This document shows, piece after piece, positions 52,162-61,034 of a stretch of DNA of 64,000 bases (positions within the stretch are counted from its first letter, which is position 1; each line of letters begins with the position of its first letter). The notes below the pieces were generated by a model. That model did no database searches and was not told the origin of the DNA. It saw nothing but the letters and a program-made list of their open reading frames with translations. The position numbers and the translations under genes were made by a program. Source of the DNA: an uncultured Nitrospiraceae bacterium (GTDB lineage: Bacteria > Nitrospirota > Nitrospiria > Nitrospirales > Nitrospiraceae); assembly GCA_963730935.1 (NCBI GenBank), contig CAVSTP010000004.1:1728001-1792000 (forward strand), read 5' to 3'.

Positions 52162-53658
52162 TCAGAATCGCAGTGTCATATCGACGCCGACCATCGTCAT
52201 CGCCTTTTCCGTACCGAGATCAAACGCTCCTCTGTTGAAGTTGCGATAGTAGCCGACTTCGGGGCGAATCATAACGACATCGTTCAGCTGATGGCTCAAC
52301 CCGAGGCTGCCGCTGTAGTAGTGGCCTGCGAACCCTGATCGCGTCCCATGCTCGTCCCTCCACCACTCGTTCCGTACCGTGATATAGTCTCGCTCAGAAA
52401 TTTGAAACATTGTGTAGTTGACGACCCCATAGGTTAGGGACAGGCCCGGTACGGTCGCCCCGATTCCGCCCCCGCCACCGAACGAGCGCGCCGGACCGAT
52501 GCTGGGAGAGCCACCCACCGCCGCATCACGCTCCCACATATAATATCCCTCCGTCTTCGTATGAATTTCCCGTGTGAACCGGTGCTGCCATGTGCCCACA
52601 ATGTAATTGAAATTAGTGTGTCCGAACGCCTGACCATCGAGTTCAAAATAGCGGTACTTCGCATTATTGATGGCGTTCAGGACTAAATAGAACGAATCGT
52701 TGTTATCCAAGGCCACCCAGCGCACGCCGACCATGCCTGTCGGAGTGGCGCCTTGATACCATGGGGCCATGTCCGTACCCGCATGCACGCCACCTTGGAC
52801 GGTCCACTGCGGATTGAGCATGATGGTCGCCATCGCGCCCGTTTGGGTGTAGGTGTCATAGGTAAATAGGAGGGAGTGTGTTCCCAAGTAATTGTCGGGG
52901 GCAAATTGCGTTTCAATATCGGGCGTCGCGACCCAGCGGCCCACGCGGAGCACCAACCCCTGGGCAACACCGGGAATATAGGTATCCATGTAGAGTTCGC
53001 TGGGATCAAACCCATAGCGGGCATTGTGCTTGGCGTATTGGTTGTACAGCCAACCCCCGGCCGTCATATATCTGTAGTCAATGCCGTACAGCCCTGTGGC
53101 GCGGAATCCGAAGTCGACGTGATCGGTTCGTACGGTGTCCACCTCGCGCTCGATGCGGAACACAGCCTGATTTAACACGATGGAGTTGGGCATGATCCAA
53201 TAAGACGTTGGCATATTGGAATTCTTGTTGGTGCTCCAGTTATACGAGCCGTTAATCCACCCGTATGTCCTGATCCTGTTTGATGTGAGAAAGTCTCCAA
53301 ACGGCGCGTCTTTGAGGGCCCTCTGCAATGGGTATTCTTTCGTGCTGAGTGGAAGGCCGAGGACCGGCGCGCCTTGGTATTCCGACATGGGAAAAGGCGG
53401 CGCATCCCACGGAGACGGCAACGCCCGGCGAGGCAATTGTTCCGAAGCTGGAGCCGTACCCTTGAATTCATCTGCATAGGCATCAAAGAGTCTATTGCCC
53501 AACCAGGAAGGCACTTGATCTGTTTTCGCTTCAGTCTTTTGAGCACCTGCCATGGACGACATCGCCCACATGGCCACCGCCGCGCATGTACTTGCCAGCA
53601 CCAGTGGTCCAAGGGCCATAGAATCCGTTTCCAGCAATTGTTGGTGATCGATAGGCAA
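52162..53658 (-). CDS. Outer-membrane beta-barrel porin (DUF1597/OmpL-like, often kdp-associated)
   Basis: Signal peptide, amphipathic strands, C-terminal 'MTLRF'; start uncertain. Confidence 0.75.
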   Translation of the reverse strand: MPIDHQQLLETDSMALGPLVLASTCAAVAMWAMSSMAGAQKTEAKTDQVPSWLGNRLFDAYADEFKGTAPASEQLPRRALPSPWDAPPFPMSEYQGAPVLGLPLSTKEYPLQRALKDAPFGDFLTSNRIRTYGWINGSYNWSTNKNSNMPTSYWIMPNSIVLNQAVFRIEREVDTVRTDHVDFGFRATGLYGIDYRYMTAGGWLYNQYAKHNARYGFDPSELYMDTYIPGVAQGLVLRVGRWVATPDIETQFAPDNYLGTHSLLFTYDTYTQTGAMATIMLNPQWTVQGGVHAGTDMAPWYQGATPTGMVGVRWVALDNNDSFYLVLNAINNAKYRYFELDGQAFGHTNFNYIVGTWQHRFTREIHTKTEGYYMWERDAAVGGSPSIGPARSFGGGGGIGATVPGLSLTYGVVNYTMFQISERDYITVRNEWWRDEHGTRSGFAGHYYSGSLGLSHQLNDVVMIRPEVGYYRNFNRGAFDLGTEKAMTMVGVDMTLRF

Positions 53659-53955
53659 CTGATGACTGTATCTGAGGCTGTGTTAAAACAGTGTTTATCC
53701 CGCAGCGTGCCCCATCAAAATTTCATAAAAAATCATCTCTAGGAGTGTGGCCTGCCAACGGTGGGACGCACTATCGAGCTCGTGACTCGTGGAGCGAATG
53801 TTGCTTGGCGGATGCACTCAAGAACTTCAGTTGGTGACGTTCACATGAAAGGTGGCTTTTTGCTGAAGGGTAGCGTGGAGATTTGAGCGGAAGAGTAAAT
53901 GAACTTCTCTTCACTGAGTACGATGTCAATGCCAGGAGTGCCGAGCGGAAGAGAG

Positions 53956-55758
53956 TTACCTGATAAGCTGAAAAGGGACGTCTGTCAGGACAACACGATC
54001 CTTGAAAAGAAGGGCGGTTTTTAACAGCAGGGCGCGCTGACTATGTAGCAGATTCTGCCACCACCTCGCTGGCAAGATCTCGGGTACGACCACCGTGACC
54101 CAACACTCAGGGTCTTTCTCTAAATGCTCCTCAATATAGGCAATGAGTGTTCTCAGAACAGAATGTTGTATTGCTGGCACCACAACTAAGGGAACACCGC
54201 AGCCCCACTGTGCCCATCGTGTTTCTATAACGGCTGTCTCTTCCCGGTTCATATCGACAAGCACCGCACGAACATTGCCACCTTGGCTTCGCGCATAATC
54301 CACTGCACGCACGACCGCTCCATTCACACCGCCAATCGGGATGAGCGTCAAGCTCCGACGAGGCCGAAGTGGACGGGCATTGCGGGTTAAAGCCACTTGT
54401 TCGCTCGTCGCGATGTAGTGGGAATGGATAGCCTGAAACATCAGAATCAAGAGAGGCAGCAGTAAGACCACGATCCAAGCACCTTGTGTGAACTTGGTGC
54501 TCGCGATGATGACGGTGGCAGTCGCCGTCGCGAATGCTCCAATGCCATTTATGGTAAATTTGTGCCTCCACCCTGGTCCTTGCTTCGTTAGCCAGCGTTT
54601 GACCATCCCCGTCTGGGAGAGCGTGAAGGAGAGAAAGACGCCGACCGCATACAAAGGAATGAGCGCGTGAGTCTCGCCTCGAAACAACACAATGAGCAAG
54701 CAGGATAAGCTACCCAAAATGATGATCCCGTTGGAGAACACCAGACGATCGCCCAGACAGGCCATCTGATGCGGCATATAGCCATCCTGGGCCAAGATAC
54801 ACGCTAAGCGCGGAAACCCGGCGAACGCGCTATTCGCCGCGAGGAGCAGGATTAACATGGTTGCACTCTGAATGAGGTAATAGAAGAATCCTTCGCCAAA
54901 GGTGAGCCGAGCGATCTGTGAGACCACAGTTTCATCATCCTTCGGCAGCACACCGAGCTGGAACGCCAAGATACTAATGCCCACGAACAAAGCTGCGAGA
55001 ATTGCGGCCATGGCTAGCATCGTGAGCGCAGCATTCTTGGCCTCTGGCGCCTTGAAAGCCGAGACTCCATTAGAAATCACTTCGATGCCTGTTAAGGCGG
55101 TACATCCCGAAGCAAAAGCCCGTAGGATAAGGAACAAACTCATTGCGTCGACCGCTTGTCGGGCCGGCATCACAACAGCAGATTGATTATGGCTTTGGGC
55201 CAGCCCAACGCCGATCATGAGAATGAACGACGCGATAAACACATAGGTTGGCACTGCAAAGATTCGGCCGGATTCACGGACTCCGCGTAGGTTCAGAAAC
55301 ATGACACTTGCTATGGCGGCAATGCACAGTGCTTCACGGTACGGAAACAAGCCTGGAACTGCAGAAGTGAGGGCGGCAATGCCGGCAGCGGTGCTAACGG
55401 CCACTGTGAGAATGTAATCAATGATGAGGGCTGCTGCTGCCGTGAGTCCTGCCCACGAGCCAAGATTTGACCTCGCCACAATATAGGCTCCACCTCCGGC
55501 CGGATATTCAAGAATGATTTGTTGATACGAGAGGGTCAGAATGATGAGAAGTAGGACGATCGCGAGACTGATGGGGACTGACCACGTCACCGCGGCTGTG
55601 CCCGCCAGTACTAAAATAAGTAGGATTTCCTCCGTGGCATAGGCGACGGAGGATAGTGCATCGGACGAAAAAACGGCTAAGGCAATACGCTTGGATAGAC
55701 GTTCATGCGCAGCCTGCGCGGTTTTGAGGGGATCGCCTAACAGCCAACGTTTTATCAA
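53956..55758 (-). CDS. APC-family permease, KimA/YdaO-like K+ transporter
   Basis: SSDALSSVAYATEE, GGGAY, DYILTVAVS, ALTGIEVISNG, LIPLYAVGVF, 'WWQNLLHSQ'. Confidence 0.88.
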   Translation of the reverse strand: MIKRWLLGDPLKTAQAAHERLSKRIALAVFSSDALSSVAYATEEILLILVLAGTAAVTWSVPISLAIVLLLIILTLSYQQIILEYPAGGGAYIVARSNLGSWAGLTAAAALIIDYILTVAVSTAAGIAALTSAVPGLFPYREALCIAAIASVMFLNLRGVRESGRIFAVPTYVFIASFILMIGVGLAQSHNQSAVVMPARQAVDAMSLFLILRAFASGCTALTGIEVISNGVSAFKAPEAKNAALTMLAMAAILAALFVGISILAFQLGVLPKDDETVVSQIARLTFGEGFFYYLIQSATMLILLLAANSAFAGFPRLACILAQDGYMPHQMACLGDRLVFSNGIIILGSLSCLLIVLFRGETHALIPLYAVGVFLSFTLSQTGMVKRWLTKQGPGWRHKFTINGIGAFATATATVIIASTKFTQGAWIVVLLLPLLILMFQAIHSHYIATSEQVALTRNARPLRPRRSLTLIPIGGVNGAVVRAVDYARSQGGNVRAVLVDMNREETAVIETRWAQWGCGVPLVVVPAIQHSVLRTLIAYIEEHLEKDPECWVTVVVPEILPARWWQNLLHSQRALLLKTALLFKDRVVLTDVPFQLIR

Positions 55759-56004
55759 GATGGCCCCCGTTGGCTGAGCACTGTACCGAACCAGATATTA
55801 ATACTGTGTAAAAAGCGCACTTCTTCTTATTAAAAGGCACCTACATCTCGTTACCAGCGATGGGTTATTACCGGGCGAAATGCAGCTACGCATACGGAGA
55901 GCCTGCGCTTGAAGATTTGTCGCAACAAAAAGAGGAGTAAGAGGCACGGATCCCTTGCAGGCCACCGGTTTCAAGATCAGTCTCTTGTCATAAGCTGCAG
56001 TGGC

Positions 56005-56184
56005 CTAGGCGGGCAATACTGCTGCGATCACCGTTCGGATCGTTCTTAGTAGCCGCCATTTCCGACCTACCGTCCGAGGCTGTGCAGCATGAAGCAAACA
56101 CACAGCCGATCCTTCACGGATGGTGGTGGCAACGCTGGAACAGTGAGAACACGTCCACTCCGTATACTCAGCCCTATTGTTCAT
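56005..56184 (-). CDS. Small hypothetical protein with CxxC...CxxH
   Basis: MNNRAEYTEWTCSHC...VCLLHA; GAGAGG RBS-like sequence. Confidence 0.35.
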   Translation of the reverse strand: MNNRAEYTEWTCSHCSSVATTIREGSAVCLLHAAQPRTVGRKWRLLRTIRTVIAAVLPA

Positions 56185-56494
56185 AACGCTAAGCCCCCTC
56201 TCTTGAGCCAGTACCGCCACAATCCTCGCAAACCCGCGCCACTGCGGTTCTGCTCCCTACGGGCAATTTTCCGAAAACCGATATCCTAAAGCTTCAGCGT
56301 GTGAAGAAGATTAGCAAGAGTACTATTGAAATCCCGCCGGGGCCAATGAAAAGGCATTCATGAAGGGGGGTGGGGTCGTAAAATTTCCCCCCGGGGTCAC
56401 CTAGAAATGCTACACGGGAAAAACAAACGTTCGGTATCCAGGAGGCACCCACGAACCACGCACTACAAGCTTCGTAGTCGTGTTATTCGCATGT

Positions 56495-57781
56495 TCAAAG
56501 TGTCGGAATGTCTTCTTCAGCCATTGGCGAACTTAGTGCTCGTAATTCCAGCCCTTCTATCTCTTGTAACGTTCTGCCCGCAATACCTTGGAGATCCCCA
56601 TACATACCGACCGTCGCTTGCATCACTCGATTTATCTGTTCTTCTCGCTTGGCCCATTGTTTTATAATCGCTTTTTTTTCTTTATTGAGATCCTCTTGCA
56701 TAGAGGAGAAGGACTCGACGATGGCTTCAACTCGATGGCGGAAGCGGGGACCCGTCAGGTATTGATAGATCATCTCGGTCTTGGTTTGCCGACCTTCAGA
56801 CGCCTGCCGCGCGCAGTTCACTTCAATCAACAAATGTCGCAGAGCAATGGCAACAGGTATGATCGCTCTGGGGTGTGTGACCCAAACGCCTTCGACAAGT
56901 TCGAATGTCTCTATACCTTTAGGCAAAGCATGACTGACAATTACAGCAATTTCAGCCTTTGAAATCCGTTGATCGTCACGAAGTTTAGAGAGCCAACTAT
57001 CGCTCCAATTTTTTGTCCGTTTCGTTTCCCAAAGAATCGTACCACAAGGTTGTCCAGACAGACCCACAACATGATGGAGCGCATCGCCACCATGCTCGCC
57101 TTTTGGAACAGGACTAATCATGTCTAATGGGAATTTGACAGTTAGCAAGGACTCAAGTTCTAGTTCTTGGACTTCTCCTTGAAGTTGCTGAGAACCCTGC
57201 TCGGCCTTGCGCATCAGTTCTTCAATCTGTTTCTGCATTGAGGCGATCGTTTGCTCTTTTTCAAAAACTTTGAGTTTAAGCCCCTCCTCGGCTTCTTTCT
57301 TGGCCTGTTCTCGTATGGCAGAGAGCCCTTCATGGACTCGTTTTTCAACCGTCAGATCAATTTCTCTCTTCGCATCGTCCAACTCACGCTGCTTTCTAAG
57401 CAGATCGGCTTGTGCTTTCTGAGCCTCGGCTAGTTTGGCATCGCGTTGGGTGAGAACTTCATGCAGATCGGTAATTTCTTTTGCCTGTAGATCGAGATCG
57501 TGTTGTAACGCGACTTTTGCTTTTCTTGCTTCTTCGGCCGCGATCCTGCCGCGCTCCGCTCGGACTTTTTCGTCAACCTGTTCATCGAGGTGCTCTCTTG
57601 CTTTTACGATTGCGTCCTCTCGCCCACGAATCCCGGCTTCACGCTTGGCGATATCAATGTCCTTTTGAGTGAGACGTTTCTCATATTCATGGCGGGTGGA
57701 TTCAAGAAGCGGTGCGGCGAGGGACTCTGTCAGCCTGATTTCCGTCTTGCAAGAAGGGCAGATGATGGTTGGTTCGTTCAT
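56495..57781 (-). CDS. DUF2130 domain protein
   Basis: CPSC knuckle, long coiled coil, GSQQLQGEVQEL.LE, VPKG..GGD, ILWETKRTKNWS..W..KL; GGAGAGG RBS. Confidence 0.88.
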   Translation of the reverse strand: MNEPTIICPSCKTEIRLTESLAAPLLESTRHEYEKRLTQKDIDIAKREAGIRGREDAIVKAREHLDEQVDEKVRAERGRIAAEEARKAKVALQHDLDLQAKEITDLHEVLTQRDAKLAEAQKAQADLLRKQRELDDAKREIDLTVEKRVHEGLSAIREQAKKEAEEGLKLKVFEKEQTIASMQKQIEELMRKAEQGSQQLQGEVQELELESLLTVKFPLDMISPVPKGEHGGDALHHVVGLSGQPCGTILWETKRTKNWSDSWLSKLRDDQRISKAEIAVIVSHALPKGIETFELVEGVWVTHPRAIIPVAIALRHLLIEVNCARQASEGRQTKTEMIYQYLTGPRFRHRVEAIVESFSSMQEDLNKEKKAIIKQWAKREEQINRVMQATVGMYGDLQGIAGRTLQEIEGLELRALSSPMAEEDIPTL

Positions 57782-58205
57782 AGCGTGTACCTCTCCCTAT
57801 TTTCCACAAAAGCGGGAAAACAGGCCATATTGAGCCCCATTATATAGGGGTTCCATGTTCTGTCAATACGACATGTGGTAGTACATGCAGCTACAGTGAG
57901 GATGCTGGGGGATAACAAGCAAGAATGTAAGTTTCTAAATGAAGCCAACGGCTTGCAGGATAAGATTGCGCGTTTATAAGCGATGAAACCCGAAGCTCAA
58001 GGCCGAGGAAACCAGGAAGAAGGATTGACCTCAACACTTCTTAGTCAACATTGAAAGCTTGGTATCCCCAATAGGAACATGAGCCTTTCAATGCCGCATC
58101 TCGCCCATCTCGTCATCCCCTTTTCAGGAGAAATTAGGATGGCAGCCTGAAGAAGGGATTGGCCACTAATCTATGGGTAGAATCATCTCTCAGTATGAGC
58201 TGAGT

Positions 58206-58340
58206 GACCTGCCGGTTTACGAATTTCCAAAACTCCAACCTCAGACAACCTAACCCCACAAGAAACAACAAATCAGGATACTCCCGACCTGGCGCCTGAT
58301 GGGGCTGAGTTGTCCTGTCCGGGTAGCAGCGTGGTAGCAG
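58206..58340 (+). repeat. Dispersed att-like repeat, copy E
   Basis: GACCTGCCGGTTTACGAA..CCAACCTCAGACAACCTAACCCCACAAGAAAC..GGTAGCAGCGTGGTAGCAG. Confidence 0.85.
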
Positions 58341-58473
58341 ATGGACTTAGTGAGATAGAGGATGAATCTGGGGAAAAACGTAGAGCGTGGTGTACTCTCG
58401 TTTTAGGACGTGTAGTGCCCTAAAACGGGAGTGCGGACAACTTTCAAACGACGTTCCTCTCCTTCTCCGATCG

Positions 58474-59781
58474 TCAGGCTGCTAGCTTCCGCTCACCCCA
58501 GATGAAACTCACCTGGAAGAAGTTCACGTAGCTCGTCGGAAACTGTCCCGCGACCGCGCCTGCCAAGGGTCCGCGATTTTGGTTCACGGATAAGTCCCCG
58601 CCATAGGCCAATTCATAGCTGAACGCGACGTTGAGTTTGGGACTGGCTTGCCACTCTGCGCCCAGACCGAATCGGAATTGCTGGCCAACCGGCAGGGACA
58701 CCGTATAGTTCTTGTTCGGAATCATAGAACTATCCCAGGCAAAGCCGGTATTGAGGAGCCAGGCCTGATTGATCTGATAGCGGTTTCCCAGCGCCACATG
58801 ATAGGTATCCTGGTAATTGAGTGAGGTGGTTGTGCTTATCGTTGCGGGGGTGCCCGTCAGGCCAATTTCCACCTTGCCGAACTGACTCCAGTTCTGCCAG
58901 CCGAAATCCAGCATCATCGCCCAGCGATCCGTAAATTCGTGGTATGAACTCACCATCACTGATTGCGGTACTGTGACGCCCAGGTCAAGCTCATGGTTCA
59001 ACTGCCCGCGGTTTTGGAGAGCGGTTCCAATGGCACCCGACAACCCGGTGAAGGCGGGGGTGGCTGCGAAATTAAGTTTCACCTGGGAATAATAGGTGAC
59101 ACCGAATCTGGTGCCCTTTCTGGGTTCGTAGAGCAGCCCGACATTTCCTCCTCCTCCGACGGTGGTGTCGTTCATTGCCATGTTCCCATCCGGGGCGTTG
59201 GGGTTAAGGATTGTATCCCGGTTGTTAATGGCGGCACTGTAGTTCAGATACCCGATCATGACGTTGGCTGCGACCCCGATTGACCATTGCTCATTAATGC
59301 GATAGCTAAGTCCTGGCATGACGCTAAGGCCGAGCAGAGTGTTATTCAAGGCGTAATAGCGGCCGACCCAGCCGGAGTCGTAACTCATGGCGAGTCCAAA
59401 ATTCGAAAAGATGCCGAGTCCGATTTTGAAATCTTCCCCTAGACCGTGCACATAAAACATGCTCAAGGCCGGAAGGACGCCGATCGGATTACCGCCGCTG
59501 TTTCCATCCACCGTCGTTCCGGCGGTGGGAGAGAAGGCGACTCCCGCCTGCAGCAATTGCGCTCCACCCTGAAACTGGTTGCCTTCGAGCCGGCTCATGC
59601 CGGCGGGATTCTTGAGCAGCGTCGCGGGATCCTGCGCGCGGGCGGCCCAGCCGGCGCTGGCCAGACCGACATCTGCCGTCGCGATCTCGTAGAGCGAGAG
59701 GCCGCCTGCTTCGGCCGTGGATATGAAAAATGTGATGAGGCTGCAGACGGTCAGCACAAATCTTGTTGCTCGTGATTTCAT
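58474..59781 (-). CDS. FadL/OmpP1 long-chain fatty acid outer-membrane transporter
   Basis: Signal peptide, AGG..LYE, NPAGM hatch motif, W.NWSQF, beta-barrel pattern; ORF extends upstream to 59991. Confidence 0.87.
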   Translation of the reverse strand: MKSRATRFVLTVCSLITFFISTAEAGGLSLYEIATADVGLASAGWAARAQDPATLLKNPAGMSRLEGNQFQGGAQLLQAGVAFSPTAGTTVDGNSGGNPIGVLPALSMFYVHGLGEDFKIGLGIFSNFGLAMSYDSGWVGRYYALNNTLLGLSVMPGLSYRINEQWSIGVAANVMIGYLNYSAAINNRDTILNPNAPDGNMAMNDTTVGGGGNVGLLYEPRKGTRFGVTYYSQVKLNFAATPAFTGLSGAIGTALQNRGQLNHELDLGVTVPQSVMVSSYHEFTDRWAMMLDFGWQNWSQFGKVEIGLTGTPATISTTTSLNYQDTYHVALGNRYQINQAWLLNTGFAWDSSMIPNKNYTVSLPVGQQFRFGLGAEWQASPKLNVAFSYELAYGGDLSVNQNRGPLAGAVAGQFPTSYVNFFQVSFIWGERKLAA

Positions 59782-60762
59782 GCTCGGACGTCTTCTGGAT
59801 GAGCGGCATTCCCCCAGCCCAATCCTAAGACGGGCCCCCAGCCCACACGTTGGTGGTTGGCGGGCTTGCAACCCCACCGCTAAGTGCATTGTTGTACCGG
59901 CCTCGTTGCGAACGCATGGCGCGCCGATTCTGGTGACAGGAAGTCTTCCATACGGACGTTTTGCCATCGAAGTGATGGTGTTCATCAGCATCAGCCTCCT
60001 TTGTTTTGTGAATCGTCGTCCTTGTGTTCCAGAGGACTGTATAGGCTATATAGCTTAAGGTTTGTCGTCTCGGAACGGTTCACCACATTATGTCTCGTAC
60101 CTGCCGGAATGCCGACCCGTCTGAGACGGCCTGTGCCTTGCCATCGAAAATGATAGAACCTTCGCCGGCCTCAAAACGTTTGAACCGCTGGAATGATACG
60201 TGTGTCTCTTAGCAAAATCGAGGGATACTATCGTGGCTTAAGAAGTGGCAGAACTATTTCGCCCGATGTGGTTCCATCGGTTATTCATCTGTATTTGACT
60301 TTTCTGTAATTGGATTGAAAAGAAACCGATCGAGCCTGATAGCGGTCTTAGTCTGGAGTGGAATGTTTTCAAATCTCGCACCTCCGAAACAACACCTTTG
60401 TTGCTGCTGTGCTGCAGGGCAAACATGGGAAGCCGCGTGTGGCCCGTGGGGAGGGTGCGCCGATTAGGTAACGGTCAGACTTCGGAGGGACGGTCGACTA
60501 TAGTCGGCAACTGGGTGGCCAGCGCGACGAGCTGCAGTCAAATTCAAGGATGCGAAAACGCAAAGTCTGGTGGGGTTGCAGTCTTCTGGGGTGAAGGAAA
60601 TTTTCAAAGCTGAATACAAAGCTGGGATGGTGACAACGGCGCCAACCGACGCTCCTGCGCAGCCGGCGGCGACCGCTGCGCCTGCTCTCAAGTAATGAGC
60701 GTATCTGTGGATCAGCGCGGAGCAGCCCGGATGGATGGCGTCATATGGTTCATTGGTCCGCT

Positions 60763-60851
60763 GTCCTGTTAGCAGCGTGGGAGCAAACTGGGGAGTGTAA
60801 GGCTGCCAGATTTGAAAACACTACGGCCCCGAGACTATGGGGCCTGATCAG
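60763..60851 (+). repeat. Partial att-like repeat (copy F) plus a downstream segment shared with copy C
   Basis: TGTCCTGTTAGCAGCGTGGGAGCA then GATTTGAAAACACT..CGAGACTAT..GATCAG, matching 50383-50425. Confidence 0.65.
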
Positions 60852-61034
60852 CAGACACTGTTTCGGTGTCCATCCCTTTCAGATGACTTCAACGGAGGGC
60901 ATAGGCGGGTCCCTTTTGGAAGCAAAACGCTCTCACTGACTCTACTGTAAACAGAAGTAATGTGTGGTGTGGCAAGCCGAAAATGCTGAGGATTTTGCCG
61001 GTGTCAACGCCGGACGTTCAACCCGAAAATGTCG

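Noticed and set aside
55760..56000. c-di-AMP (ydaO) riboswitch upstream of the KimA-like gene
   Set aside because: I could not find the conserved riboswitch motifs by eye; an Rfam scan would settle it.
56363..56400. G-rich GGGGGGTGGGGTCG tract resembling a phage cos region
   Set aside because: No terminase, HNH or other phage gene nearby.
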